From Citrobacter portucalensis (GTDB taxonomy: Bacteria > Pseudomonadota > Gammaproteobacteria > Enterobacterales > Enterobacteriaceae), in assembly GCF_002042885.1 (NCBI RefSeq), contig NZ_MVFY01000002.1, forward strand, positions 478,995-510,994: a stretch of DNA of 32,000 nt, read 5' to 3'. The position numbers and the translations under genes were made by a program. Shown in pieces: positions 1 through 10,700 of the stretch (positions are counted from its first letter, which is position 1; each line of letters starts with the position of its first letter). The notes under the pieces are model-generated. The model did no database searches, had not been told where the DNA came from, and worked only from the letters and a program-made list of their open reading frames with translations.

Positions 1-1
1 A

Positions 2-130
2 ACGGCTATGAGCCAGTTGGTGAATAACGTCCGTGAGAAGACTGCGATCACCGGGGCTGACTACCCGCCAACGCTTATCACCAAAGAGAACCTGCAGCAG
101 GCCGAGCGTATTAGTGAGGCCGGTAACTGA
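2..130 (+). CDS. C-terminal end of a probable periplasmic sugar-binding protein of the downstream ABC transporter (5' partial, runs off the window)
   Basis: The frame is open from the window edge to TGA at 128-130 (..TAMSQLVNNVREKTAITGADYPPTLITKENLQQAERISEAGN*). It lies 53 nt upstream of the ATPase gene on the same strand. Function is inferred from position only. Confidence 0.5.
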   Translation, partial: TAMSQLVNNVREKTAITGADYPPTLITKENLQQAERISEAGN

Positions 131-183
131 TATGTCCGCAGCCGCCGCGCAAGTGGCGGCTCTCTATGAGGAGGAGCAGACCG

Positions 184-1731
184 ATGTCGCAACCCTTACT
201 GAAAGTGACCGACCTGGCGAAAAGCTTTTCCGGCGTTTGGGCGCTGAGCAGCGCACAGCTGACCGTCGGAGCAGGCGAAATTCATGCGCTGTTAGGTGAG
301 AACGGTGCCGGAAAATCGACCCTGCTGAAAGCGCTGGCGGGCGCGCAGCCGCAAACACGCGGGGATATTTGGTTCAACGGCGAAACATTGCCGGTAGAAG
401 ACTCTCCGGTTGAGCGGCAGAACAAGGGCATTATCACGATTTATCAGGAATTTAATCTGCTGCCCAATATGACCGTCGCCGAGAATATGTTTCTCGGACG
501 CGAACCGCGCAAACGCAATCTGATTGTTGACGAAAAGGCGGTAAATCAGGAAGCGCAGGTGATTCTGGATTACCTGCAACTGAACGTTGCGCCAACCACG
601 GCCGTGGCCCGACTGAGCGTGGCGCAGCAGCAAATGGTGGAAATTGCGCGGGCGCTGACGCTGAACGCAAAGCTGATCATTATGGATGAACCTTCCGCCG
701 CGCTGAGCGACAGCGAAGTAGAAAGCCTGCATCGTGTGGTGCGGGAACTTAAAGGGCGTGGCGTGAGCATTATCTACGTCACCCATCGCCTGCATGAAGT
801 TTTTCAACTCTGCGACCAGTTCACCGTTTTCCAGGATGGACGATTCACCGGAAATGGCGCGGTTGCACAGACCACCGTAGAACAGCTGATCCGCCTGATG
901 GTGGGGCGCGATGTGGCCTTTAATCGCCGTCCGGCCAGCGAAACTCACCATGAAGATAAACCTGTGCGTCTGGCGGTGAAGGGGCTTAGCCGCGAAAAAC
1001 CGCCGCTGGATCCGCATGGTATCGCGCTGCACGACATTAGCTTCCACGTGCATGCTGGCGAAGTGTTAGGCATTGCCGGACTGGTGGGTGCCGGGCGCAC
1101 CGAAGTGGCCCGCTGCCTGTTTGGCGCCGACAGTTTTACTTCCGGCAGCTTTGAACTTGATGGCGTGTCCTATCAGCCGCGCGATCCGCTGTTTGCGCTG
1201 GATCAGGGGCTGGCGCTGGTACCGGAAGATCGTAAAAAAGAGGGCGCGGTGCTTGGGCTGTCGATCCGCGACAACCTGTCGCTCTCCAGCCTCTCGTCAC
1301 TGCTGCACTGGCGCTGGTTCGTGAATACCCGCAAAGAGGATGCCCTGATCGAGTCATACCGCCAGGCGCTGCAGATCAAAATGGTCAACAGCGCGCAAGA
1401 GGTGCGCAAGCTCTCCGGCGGGAACCAGCAAAAAGTGATCCTCGCGCGCTGCATGGCGCTTAATCCTCGGGTGTTGATCGTGGATGAACCAACGCGCGGC
1501 ATCGATGTTGGCACCAAATCAGAAGTCCATCAGGTGCTGTTTGATATGGCGAAAAAGGGCGTGGCGGTGATCGTGATCTCCTCCGATCTGCCGGAAGTCA
1601 TGGCGGTTTCCGATCGGATCATCACGTTAAGTGAAGGCCGGGTGACTGGCGAGATCCACGGCGACGACGCTAATGAAGAGCGGCTAATGACGATGATGGC
1701 CATCAACCACAACGCCCTGAATGCGGCATAA
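184..1731 (+). CDS. Sugar ABC transporter ATP-binding protein with two nucleotide-binding domains (RbsA/MglA type)
   Basis: Within ORF 166-1731; ATG at 184 preceded by GAGGAGGAG. Two Walker A motifs (GENGAGKST, GLVGAGRTE), signatures LSVAQQQ and LSGGNQQK, Walker B IIMDEPSA and LIVDEPTRG. Confidence 0.9.
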   Translation: MSQPLLKVTDLAKSFSGVWALSSAQLTVGAGEIHALLGENGAGKSTLLKALAGAQPQTRGDIWFNGETLPVEDSPVERQNKGIITIYQEFNLLPNMTVAENMFLGREPRKRNLIVDEKAVNQEAQVILDYLQLNVAPTTAVARLSVAQQQMVEIARALTLNAKLIIMDEPSAALSDSEVESLHRVVRELKGRGVSIIYVTHRLHEVFQLCDQFTVFQDGRFTGNGAVAQTTVEQLIRLMVGRDVAFNRRPASETHHEDKPVRLAVKGLSREKPPLDPHGIALHDISFHVHAGEVLGIAGLVGAGRTEVARCLFGADSFTSGSFELDGVSYQPRDPLFALDQGLALVPEDRKKEGAVLGLSIRDNLSLSSLSSLLHWRWFVNTRKEDALIESYRQALQIKMVNSAQEVRKLSGGNQQKVILARCMALNPRVLIVDEPTRGIDVGTKSEVHQVLFDMAKKGVAVIVISSDLPEVMAVSDRIITLSEGRVTGEIHGDDANEERLMTMMAINHNALNAA

Positions 1732-1742
1732 CGGAGTGATTC

Positions 1743-2771
1743 ATGACGCAGATTATTTCTAAAACGCAGGTTCCTGCCAAACGCGGCGGACGTCTTGATC
1801 CCATTGCCTTTTTTGAGCGCTTTGGGGTACTGATTTTCATGATCCTGCTGCTGATTTTCTTTCAGTTGCAGAACAGCAATTTTCTTTCTGAACGCAATAT
1901 TTTCAACATTCTGACCGAAGTCTCCATCTACGGGATCATGGCGGTGGGGATGACGTTTGTCATCCTGACCGCCGGGATCGATCTGTCGGTGGGCTCCATC
2001 CTGGCGGTCTGCGCCATGACCGCCGCGTATGTGATTAAGGGCGACAACTTCACCACCGTCGACCCGAACGCCTGGGGAGGCATGAGCTGGCTGATTGGCC
2101 TTGGTATCTGTATGGCGATGGGCACCGCGATTGGTTTTCTGCATGGCCTCGGCGTGACCCGCCTGCGTCTGCCGCCGTTTATCGTCACCCTCGGCGGGAT
2201 GACTATCTGGCGCGGCCTGACGCTGGTGATTAACGACGGCGCGCCAATTGCCGGTTTCGACGCGGGATACCGCTGGTGGGGACGCGGCGAACTGCTTGGT
2301 ATCTCCATTCCAATCTGGATATTCGCGCTGGTGGCGGTAGGCGGTTATCTGGCGCTACATAAAACCCGCTGGGGGCGCTTCGTGTACGCCATCGGCGGCA
2401 ACCCGGAGGCGGCGCGTCTGGCAGGGGTTAACGTGAAGCGCGTGCTGGTGAGCGTCTACGTGTTAATTGGCTGTCTGGCAGGGCTGGCGGGCTTCATTCT
2501 CAGCGCGCGGTTGGGCAGTGCAGAAGCGGTCGCCGGGATCTCTTTTGAGCTACGCGTCATTGCCTCGGTGGTCATTGGTGGTACCTCACTGATGGGCGGC
2601 TACGGGCGTATTGGCGGCACCATTATCGGCTCGATCATCATGGGCATCCTGATTAACGGTCTGGTGCTGATGAACGTCTCGGCTTATTACCAACAAATTA
2701 TTACCGGCTTAATTATCGTTCTGGCGGTGGCGTTCGATACCTACGCCAAGAGCCGTCGCGGCGCATTGTGA
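1743..2771 (+). CDS. Sugar ABC transporter permease (RbsC/AraH-like, multi-pass membrane protein)
   Basis: 342-aa highly hydrophobic ORF with GGAG 6 nt upstream of the ATG. It immediately follows the ATPase gene. Typical ribose-family permease sequence ([16 protein letters not shown]). Confidence 0.9.
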   Translation: MTQIISKTQVPAKRGGRLDPIAFFERFGVLIFMILLLIFFQLQNSNFLSERNIFNILTEVSIYGIMAVGMTFVILTAGIDLSVGSILAVCAMTAAYVIKGDNFTTVDPNAWGGMSWLIGLGICMAMGTAIGFLHGLGVTRLRLPPFIVTLGGMTIWRGLTLVINDGAPIAGFDAGYRWWGRGELLGISIPIWIFALVAVGGYLALHKTRWGRFVYAIGGNPEAARLAGVNVKRVLVSVYVLIGCLAGLAGFILSARLGSAEAVAGISFELRVIASVVIGGTSLMGGYGRIGGTIIGSIIMGILINGLVLMNVSAYYQQIITGLIIVLAVAFDTYAKSRRGAL

Positions 2772-2779
2772 GGATCATG

Positions 2780-3913
2780 ATGAAAGAAGTTCGTATTGGA
2801 TTGATTGGCACCGGGTATATCGGCAAGGCGCATGCCATCGCCTATGCCCAGGCCCCGACGGTGTTTAACCTGCGCGGCAAGCTGGTGCGCGAAATGGTGG
2901 CGGAAGTCTCTCCAGAGCTTGCCGCCGAGCGGGCGCAGGCGTTTGGCTTCAATCGCTCAACCGGAGACTGGCGTGCGCTGGTGGCTGACCCGGCCATTGA
3001 TGTCGTAGATATCTGTTCTCCTAATCATCTGCACAAAGAGATGGCGCTGGAAGCGATTCGCCATGGCAAGCATGTGTATTCAGAAAAGCCGTTGGCGCTG
3101 AACGCCCACGACGCACGTGAAATGGTTGAAGCTGCACAGCGGGCAGGAGTGAAAACGCTGGTGGGGTTCAACTATATGAAGAACCCAACGGCGCAGCTGG
3201 CGAAAGAGATCATTGCGCGCGGAGAAATTGGTGAGGTGATCCATTTCTACGGCACCCACAACGAAGACTACATGGCCGATCCGCTTGCGCCGATCCACTG
3301 GCATTGTTTTAAAGAGACCGCCGGACTTGGTGCGCTTGGCGATCTGGCGGCGCATATCGTCAATATGGCGCAGTACCTGGTTGGGGATATTCAGCAGGTC
3401 TGCGGCGACCTGAAGATCGTGGTGCCACAGCGTCCGGCGAAAGTCGGTTCCTCGCAAATGGTGACGGTAGAGAACGAAGATCAGGCCCACGCGATGGTGC
3501 GCTTTGCAGGCGGTGCGCAAGGGGTGATTGAAACCTCGCGCGTTGCCTGTGGCCGCAAGATGGGGTTGTCGTATGTGATTACCGGGACCAAAGGAACCAT
3601 CAGTTTTACTCAGGAGCGTATGGCTGAGCTGAAGCTCTATCTGCATGACGATCCGGTCAACCGCCAGGGGTTTCGCACTTTACTGGTTGGCCCGGCGCAC
3701 CCGGACTACGGCGCGTTTTGCATGGGAGCCGGGCATGGTATCGGCTTTAACGACCAGAAAACAGTAGAAGTACGTGACCTGGTGGACGGCATTGCCGCCG
3801 ATGCACCGATGTGGCCGGACTTTGAAGAGGGCTGGAAGGTGTCGCGCGTGCTTGACGCTATCGCACTCTCGCACCAGGAAGGCCGCTGGCTGAACGTGAA
3901 CGACATTGTCTGA
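2780..3913 (+). CDS. Gfo/Idh/MocA family NAD(P)-dependent oxidoreductase (IolG-like inositol dehydrogenase candidate)
   Basis: N-terminal Rossmann motif IGLIGTGYIGKAH and the EKP motif (YSEKPLA). Start chosen at ATG 2780 (GAGGA at 2770-2774); ATG 2777 and GTG 2768 are alternatives. Substrate is inferred from operon context. Confidence 0.8.
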   Translation: MKEVRIGLIGTGYIGKAHAIAYAQAPTVFNLRGKLVREMVAEVSPELAAERAQAFGFNRSTGDWRALVADPAIDVVDICSPNHLHKEMALEAIRHGKHVYSEKPLALNAHDAREMVEAAQRAGVKTLVGFNYMKNPTAQLAKEIIARGEIGEVIHFYGTHNEDYMADPLAPIHWHCFKETAGLGALGDLAAHIVNMAQYLVGDIQQVCGDLKIVVPQRPAKVGSSQMVTVENEDQAHAMVRFAGGAQGVIETSRVACGRKMGLSYVITGTKGTISFTQERMAELKLYLHDDPVNRQGFRTLLVGPAHPDYGAFCMGAGHGIGFNDQKTVEVRDLVDGIAADAPMWPDFEEGWKVSRVLDAIALSHQEGRWLNVNDIV

Positions 3914-3925
3914 AGAGGTATCAAC

Positions 3926-5830
3926 GTGGAAAAGCAGTTTGATGTGATATGCATGGGCCGCGTGGCGGTTGACCTCTACAGTCAGCAGATTGGCGCACGC
4001 CTGGAAGATGTGTCGAGCTTTGCCAAATATCTTGGTGGTTCGTCCGGCAACGTGGCTTACGGCACGGCACGCCAGGGGCTGCGCTCCTCAATGCTGGCGC
4101 GGGTTGGCGACGAACATATGGGGCGTTTCCTGCGTGAAGAATTAAACCAGGTAGGCTGCGATACCAGCCATCTGATCACTGATAAAGACCGCCTGACGGC
4201 GCTGGTGTTACTCGGCATTAAAGACCGGGACACCTTCCCTCTGATTTTTTACCGTGATAACTGCGCGGATATGGCGATTACCGCCAGCGATGTTGATGAA
4301 CAGTACATCGCTTCTGCTCGTTGTCTTGCCATCACCGGGACGCATCTTTCTCATCCGCAAACCCGCGAGGCGGTGTTGACGGCGCTCACTTACGCCCGGC
4401 GTCACGGCGTGCGTACGGCGCTGGATATCGATTATCGCCCGGTGCTGTGGGGACTTACTTCCTTAGGCGACGGCGAAACACGTTTTATCGCCGCTGTTCA
4501 GGTCACCCGCCAGTTGCAGGAGGTGCTGCATCTTTTTGATGTAATTGTCGGCACCGAGGAGGAGTTTCATATCGCGGGCGGCAGTACCGATACGCTGCAG
4601 GCGCTGTCGCAGGTTCGCGGCGTGAGTCACGCGACGCTGGTCTGCAAGCGCGGTGCGCTTGGCAGTTCGGTGTATACCGACGCGATCCCGGCCCGGCTGG
4701 ACGATGGCCTGACGGTGACCGGCGTGCGCGTGGAGGTGCTGAACGTGCTGGGGGCAGGGGACGCGTTTATGTCCGGTCTGCTGCGCGGCTACCTCAACGA
4801 TGAGGGATGGGAGCAGGCGTGCCGCTACGCCAACGCCTGCGGTGCGCTGGTGGTGTCGCGTCACGGCTGTGCGCCGGCGATGCCGAGCAAAGTGGAGCTT
4901 GATGATTATCTTTCTCGCGCCGCAGAGGTTCCTCGTCCGGATCTCGATCCGCATCTCAACCATTTGCATCGCGTGACGACCCGTCGTCGCACATGGCCGG
5001 AACTGTGCGTGATGGCCTTCGATCACCGTAGCCAACTGGAAGAGATGGCGTTGCAGTGCGGCGCGTCTTTGAAGCGTATTCCGGCATTGAAACAGCTTAT
5101 TTTGCAGGCCAGCCGTGAAGCGGCCAACAGCGCCGGGCTGGAGGGCAAGGCCGGGCTGCTGTGCGATGGTACGTTTGGTCAGGATGCGCTGAATGCGATA
5201 ACCGGAGAGGGCTGGTGGATAGGTCGTCCTATCGAACTGCCGGGGTCGCGCCCACTGGAGATGGAACACGGCAATATAGGCTCGCAGCTCATCAGTTGGC
5301 CGCAGGAACATGTGGTGAAGTGTCTGGTCTTTTTCCATCCGGAAGATGCCCACGCGTTGCGTCTGGAACAAGAACAAAAAATCGCTGAGGTGTACCGCGC
5401 CTGTTGCCAGTCCGGTCATGAGCTGCTGCTGGAGGTGATTTTACCGGCCAGTATGCCGCGCAGTGATGAACTGTATTTGCGCGCCATTTCCCGCTTCTAC
5501 AACTTAGGGATCTACCCCGACTGGTGGAAACTCCCACCGCTGACGTCTGCTGGCTGGACGGCGTTGAGTGACATTATCGAACGGCGCGATCCGCACTGCC
5601 GTGGCGTGGTGATCCTGGGTCTGGACGCTCCGGCAGAGCAACTGCGTGCTGATTTTAAAGCGGCTGCGGGTCATGGGGTGGTGAAAGGTTTTGCCGTGGG
5701 GCGCACGCTGTTTGGCGACGCTTCCCGCGCGTGGTTGAAACACGATATTGACGATGCGCAGCTGGTGGCGCGCATTAAAGATAACTACCTGCAGCTTATC
5801 GCCTGGTGGCGCGAGCGCGGACAAGCATAA
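3926..5830 (+). CDS. iolC: Bifunctional IolC-type 5-dehydro-2-deoxygluconokinase (PfkB domain) fused to a DUF2090/aldolase-like C-terminal domain
   Basis: 634 aa. The N-terminal half has PfkB kinase motifs (GGSSGNVA, NVLGAGDAF). A long C-terminal extension matches the long enterobacterial IolC form. GTG start with GAAGAGG 7 nt upstream. iolE and iolB follow directly downstream. Confidence 0.8.
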   Translation: MEKQFDVICMGRVAVDLYSQQIGARLEDVSSFAKYLGGSSGNVAYGTARQGLRSSMLARVGDEHMGRFLREELNQVGCDTSHLITDKDRLTALVLLGIKDRDTFPLIFYRDNCADMAITASDVDEQYIASARCLAITGTHLSHPQTREAVLTALTYARRHGVRTALDIDYRPVLWGLTSLGDGETRFIAAVQVTRQLQEVLHLFDVIVGTEEEFHIAGGSTDTLQALSQVRGVSHATLVCKRGALGSSVYTDAIPARLDDGLTVTGVRVEVLNVLGAGDAFMSGLLRGYLNDEGWEQACRYANACGALVVSRHGCAPAMPSKVELDDYLSRAAEVPRPDLDPHLNHLHRVTTRRRTWPELCVMAFDHRSQLEEMALQCGASLKRIPALKQLILQASREAANSAGLEGKAGLLCDGTFGQDALNAITGEGWWIGRPIELPGSRPLEMEHGNIGSQLISWPQEHVVKCLVFFHPEDAHALRLEQEQKIAEVYRACCQSGHELLLEVILPASMPRSDELYLRAISRFYNLGIYPDWWKLPPLTSAGWTALSDIIERRDPHCRGVVILGLDAPAEQLRADFKAAAGHGVVKGFAVGRTLFGDASRAWLKHDIDDAQLVARIKDNYLQLIAWWRERGQA

Positions 5831-5841
5831 TTCAGGAGAAG

Positions 5842-6735
5842 ATGATGACGGTACAATTAGGTATTAATCCACTGACATGGACGAATGACGATCTTCCTTC
5901 ACTGGGCGCTGAGACGTCGCTTGATACGTGTCTGAGCGAGGGCAAAGAGGCTGGATTTGCTGGTTTCGAACTGGGTAATAAATTCCCGCGCGAGGCGCGA
6001 CTGCTCGGCCCCATTTTGCAGCGCCACGACCTGCAACTGGTTTCCGGCTGGTACTCCGGACGTCTGCTGGAACGCAGCGTGGAGGAGGAGATTGCCGCTG
6101 TGCAATCGCACCTGACGTTACTGCGCGAACTGGGAGCGAAGGTGCTGGTCTTTGCCGAAGTCAGTGGCTGCATTCACGGCGAGCAGCAGACGCCGGTACA
6201 TCTGCGTCCGCGCTTCCCGCAAGAGCGCTGGCAAGAGTACGGTGAAAAGCTCACTGAGTTTGCGCGCTACACCCAGCAGCAGGGAGTACAGATTGCCTAT
6301 CACCACCACATGGGAACGGTGATTGAATCTGCTGAAGATGTGGATAATCTGATGACGAATACCGGTGATGAAGTTGGCTTGTTGCTCGACACCGGGCATT
6401 TGACCTTTGCGGGTGCCGATCCGTTGGCTGTGGCGCAGCGCTGGGCATCACGTATCAACCATGTTCACTGCAAAGACGTACGTGCCGACGTGCTGGCGGA
6501 TGTCAAAAACCGCAAAACCAGCTTCCTCGATGCGGTGCTGAGCGGCGTCTTTACCGTGCCGGGAGATGGCTGCGTTGACTATCCGCCAATTATGGCATTG
6601 CTGAAGGCGAACCAGTATCAGGGGTGGCTGGTGGTGGAGGCGGAGCAGGATCCAGCCATCGCGCATCCGCTGACGTATGCGCGTCTGGGCTATAACAACC
6701 TTAGCTGTCTGGCACGAGATGCCGGGCTTATCTGA
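5842..6735 (+). CDS. iolE: Myo-inosose-2 dehydratase (xylose-isomerase-like TIM barrel)
   Basis: The translation MMTVQLGINPLTWTNDDLPSLG matches the IolE family as I recall it. AGGAGA lies upstream of ATG 5842/5845. The longer form from 5806 was rejected because it overlaps the iolC end and has no RBS. Confidence 0.8.
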   Translation: MMTVQLGINPLTWTNDDLPSLGAETSLDTCLSEGKEAGFAGFELGNKFPREARLLGPILQRHDLQLVSGWYSGRLLERSVEEEIAAVQSHLTLLRELGAKVLVFAEVSGCIHGEQQTPVHLRPRFPQERWQEYGEKLTEFARYTQQQGVQIAYHHHMGTVIESAEDVDNLMTNTGDEVGLLLDTGHLTFAGADPLAVAQRWASRINHVHCKDVRADVLADVKNRKTSFLDAVLSGVFTVPGDGCVDYPPIMALLKANQYQGWLVVEAEQDPAIAHPLTYARLGYNNLSCLARDAGLI

Positions 6736-6744
6736 GGAGGTGAT

Positions 6745-7563
6745 ATGTCACGTTTATTATCACGCTGGCAGCAGCCGGACGCGCAAGGGTGTACGCAGTC
6801 AGTGACGCCGGAAAGCGCCGGATGGGGATATGTTGGCTTTAGAGCGTATGAACTGGAGGAAGGGCAGCAGCTTACGCTGCCCGCCGTCAGCGAAGAACGT
6901 TGTCTGGTATTGGTTGCCGGACGCGCGACCGTCACCACGCCGGGCGCAACTTTTACGGATATCGGTGAGCGGATGAGCCCGTTCGAGCGTATCAAACCGT
7001 GGGCGGTTTATGTCACTGCTGGTGAAACCATACAGGTTCAGGCGGTGACCAGACTGGAGCTGGCGGTCTGCGCTGCACCGGGGAAAGGCACGCACCCAAC
7101 ACGGCTGATCGCACCTAAGGATATCGACGGGGAAGCGCGCGGCAAAGGTCACAACCAGCGCTACGTGCACAACATCTTACCGGAAGATAAACCCGCAGAT
7201 AGCCTGCTGGTGGTGGAGGTGTGGACCAACGAAGGTTGTACCAGTTCTTACCCAAGCCATAAACATGACACCGATAATCCCCCGCAGGAAACCTATCTGG
7301 AGGAGACTTACTACCATCGCCTCAACCCGCCGCAGGGATTCTGTATGCAACGGGTGTACACCGATGACCGGTCGCTTGACGAGTGTATGGCAGTCTATAA
7401 CCGCGACGTGGCGATGGTGCCGAAGGGGTATCACCCGGTGGCAACCCTGGCGGGATATGACAGTTACTACCTTAACGTGATGGCCGGCCCGGTTCGCAAA
7501 TGGATGTTTACCTGGGAAGATGAACATGCGTGGATTAACAGGGATTATCCGGTTGATAAGTAA
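6745..7563 (+). CDS. iolB: 5-deoxy-glucuronate isomerase (cupin)
   Basis: 272 aa with GAGGAGG 5 nt upstream of the ATG. Size and sequence agree with IolB (..YPSHKHD..ETYYH..), and it is the last gene of the iolC-E-B run. Confidence 0.8.
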   Translation: MSRLLSRWQQPDAQGCTQSVTPESAGWGYVGFRAYELEEGQQLTLPAVSEERCLVLVAGRATVTTPGATFTDIGERMSPFERIKPWAVYVTAGETIQVQAVTRLELAVCAAPGKGTHPTRLIAPKDIDGEARGKGHNQRYVHNILPEDKPADSLLVVEVWTNEGCTSSYPSHKHDTDNPPQETYLEETYYHRLNPPQGFCMQRVYTDDRSLDECMAVYNRDVAMVPKGYHPVATLAGYDSYYLNVMAGPVRKWMFTWEDEHAWINRDYPVDK

Positions 7564-7730
7564 GGTCATGAATGGCTTTGTTAAAAGTGAGTCGTTTTTT
7601 TCCCTCCTTTTGATGAGTAAAAGGGGGAGGAATGGGATGACGGTTGGCGCTATTTAAGTGCTCATTATTCTCATAGCTCGCCTGGCTATGAGAATAATGC
7701 AAGCGTCGATATATTTGAGGTTATGGCAGT

Positions 7731-7770
7731 AGCCGGGGTGCTCTCGAAAACACCCCGGCTATCTTTTGTT
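7731..7770 (+). terminator. Rho-independent terminator of the iol operon
   Basis: AGCCGGGGTG (7731-7740) pairs with CACCCCGGCT (7751-7760), a 10-bp GC-rich stem with a 10-nt loop, followed by ATCTTTTGTTT. Confidence 0.6.
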
Positions 7771-7780
7771 TATATCCCGA

Positions 7781-10700
7781 TCAGGAATTTGGTTGATGGT
7801 TCTCAACTACCCAGACGGTGAGTACTTTTTCCAACGTTTTATCTCCCGTCGTTGCCTTCGCTCTTACCCAACTTACACCGGCCGTATCCGTTCTCAGTTC
7901 AGAGTAAGCATTCCCTAACTTAAAGTTGGTTTTATCCGGCGTCATCGTAAAGGTTCCGCTGCCGGGTTTGGCTTTGCTGCCTGCGCTAAATTCGACACTG
8001 CCGTTTAACGGGTTACCGAATTTATCCTGCAACCGTGCCATAAAGCCTACCGGCTCAAGGTTGGCAACGGCATAGCCAGGATCCTGCTCCAGAGTGAGCA
8101 CTGGATTCTGGGCATCGGCATTCAGCGTTATCGAAGCATTTGCCGAGACATTGCTACCGTGTTCAGCCAATGTGGCGGTCAGCGTGTAACGACCCGCCTT
8201 ATTACCGTGGACATTTACAGTCGCAGTACCGGAACCATTGGTGGTGACAAGCGTATTGTCAATCACCAGAGGATCGCGTGGCGATGGGCCTGTAGCCGTA
8301 ATTTTCAGCTTACGGTTGCTGACGCCGTTCCCTGATGTATCGGTCAGATGCAGGGTAAACGCCACGTTATCCACATCACTGACTACGGCGGATGTAGTTG
8401 ACGGTTCGATCGTCAACGCGGCATTTTGCAGATCCGATACCACCTCAATCGCCTTACTCGCCGTAACGCGTTTACCCTCTTTGATGAAGGTTGCCTGCAA
8501 TTGATAGTGCCCAGCTTCTGCGGCAATAAAGGTTGTTGATGCCATTCCTTTCTCATCCAATGTCAGTTCGGACTGGCCCAGTTTTAATCCACTGGCAGGG
8601 GAACTGGTCAGGTGCACGTCACCACTAAATGGGTTGTTTTCACCGTCGACAACCTGTACCTGAATTTCATGTGCCGCTGATGCGTTTGCCACAATGCTCT
8701 CAGACGGTGCGGTCAAATTCAGCACTGCGCTGTTAATATCAGGTACGAATTCCAGGCCAACGCTTGAGGACTCAACGCTGTGCTGCCCATCTGTAACCCT
8801 GGCATTAACGGTGTAATGACCTGCCTTAACCGTAGTTAACGTTACCGTCGCGTAACCGTCTTTATTGGTGGTGATTTTGTCCGGGTACACGAGCCCTTGT
8901 GGCGTTACGATAAGCTCCACTTTCTGTCCTTCAACCGACGCGGCGGTATTGTTGAGCATGATCTCAAGCGTGGCACCATCGCGACCGTTTGCTGCAATAT
9001 TGGTGATTGCGCCATTGTCTTTGGCCGTCAGAGACAATGTCGCCCCCTCCATTGCAGAGGCAAATGTTACGCTTAGCGATGAGCTGATGTTCCCCGCGCT
9101 TAGCGTAATATCATAAGTTCCCGGCGTTGAACTGGTCAGTGAGAATCTTGCTTCACCTTTGGCATCGGTCTTCACAACGTTCTCCCCATTCGCGATCTTA
9201 ACCTGTGGCGGTAACGCCAGAGTGACCGTGTATCCGGACAGCGGGTTCCCATAACGGTCGGTCAGGGTAACGACCGCGACATTACTCTGTTTGCCATCCG
9301 CCAGCGCATTGTCCCTGGTCAGGTTAAAAGCCTGCACCACCGGCTGCGTTTTGTCGGCAATCCAGTTGGCTTGTTTTTCCAGTCCGGAGAAATCATGTTT
9401 TTGTGACGTCACACCAATGCGTGTCGCTTGAGCCAGTTCAGACGTTGCCTTAGCGCTGTACACGCCGTCTTTCTCTTCTACGGCAGTAAAACGGACTTCG
9501 CCGCTGGCTGAAACTGCATAAAAACGTAAGCTGTCGTCGCCGGTGATGGCATTCCCGTCTTTATCTTTTGCTTCTAACGCCAGGCTAATCGGGTGTCCAA
9601 CGACCTGCTCCATGGGCATTACCGTGAATGTCGATTTTGCCGCCTCTGCGGAAACCGCTTTTAGTTTCACCGTCAGGGTTTCTGTTTTACCCAGGACTTT
9701 AGCGGTGATGCGTGCCGTCCCCGCCGTTAAACCCGGCGTCAGCGTGGCGGTATACACCCCGGAGCGGGTTTCCTGCACTTCACCAAGTTTTGGAGCCTGT
9801 GCTGAACGCTCACGATTTCTCTGTGCGTCAGGCGTAAACGCTAAAGACAACTCAATGTCATGTGCAAGCCCTGTTAACGGATTACCATTGGTATCTTTAA
9901 GCACCAGCGTAACCGGATGCTGTGACTTCCCGTCAGCCGCGATGATCGGTTGCTGCTCGCCGTTCAATGTAAAATCCATTGTGCCGACAGAGGCTGAACT
10001 CCCCGTCACCGTCACGTTCATCACCGCATAGTTAGAGACATTTCCTTTAACATCTCGCGCCGTTGCACCGATTTGCCAGTGATTAGTGCCGCCTGGTGTA
10101 TAAGCGGGTAACGTCAGTTGCCATGATGTGCCGCTACCGGAAATGCGTCCGCCAGCGGCGGTAAATGCGCTATCGTTCCACTCTACCGACTGAATGCCCC
10201 AGTGGGATTTATCCAGCGAAATAGTCACCGGAATAACGGCGCCACCTTCCCCCTGTACGCTTTCAGGCAGGCGGATTTTCAGAACCGATTTTTTGCGGTA
10301 TTCCAGAACAATATTGTTATTTCGTTCGACAAAATCGTAGCGTCCGTGCTGAACTTCGCGCATTAACGCAACATTGTCGCTGTCCAACTGCTTCGCCAGC
10401 GGGATGCCGGGGCGATAGTTAATCTCTATGCCGAAGCGTGAATCATGAGTATTGCTCTGCCCCTGCTTGTGTTCAGCGGAAAGCGTAACTAGAGGAACCG
10501 GCGTATAGCTGATCCCGCCTGTAAAGGCGTACGGATTTTCCTGAAGATGATCGCTGCCAAAGAGGCCGACATTCTTGCCGTAATACTTTTCATATTTAAG
10601 CGATGCGCCCAGTTGCGGATACGATGGCAACCAACCTTGGGTATAGATATCCCAGCCATCCGCCGGACGTTCCTGATAATCATCCAGATCGTGAGAATCC

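Noticed and set aside
292-1053. 253-aa minus-strand ORF inside the ABC ATPase gene
   Set aside because: It lies fully antisense to a well-supported CDS with clear ABC motifs. It has an Arg/His-rich, low-complexity translation and no RBS, so it is a shadow ORF.
4463-5419. 318-aa minus-strand ORF inside iolC
   Set aside because: It is antisense to the kinase/DUF2090 fusion gene and has the typical high-GC shadow composition (R, A, G, H, Q rich).
7603-7627. Imperfect hairpin ccctcctttt/aaaaggggg after iolB
   Set aside because: The stem needs a G-U pair and has a mismatch. The T-run precedes rather than follows it on the plus strand. The hairpin at 7731-7770 is a much better terminator.
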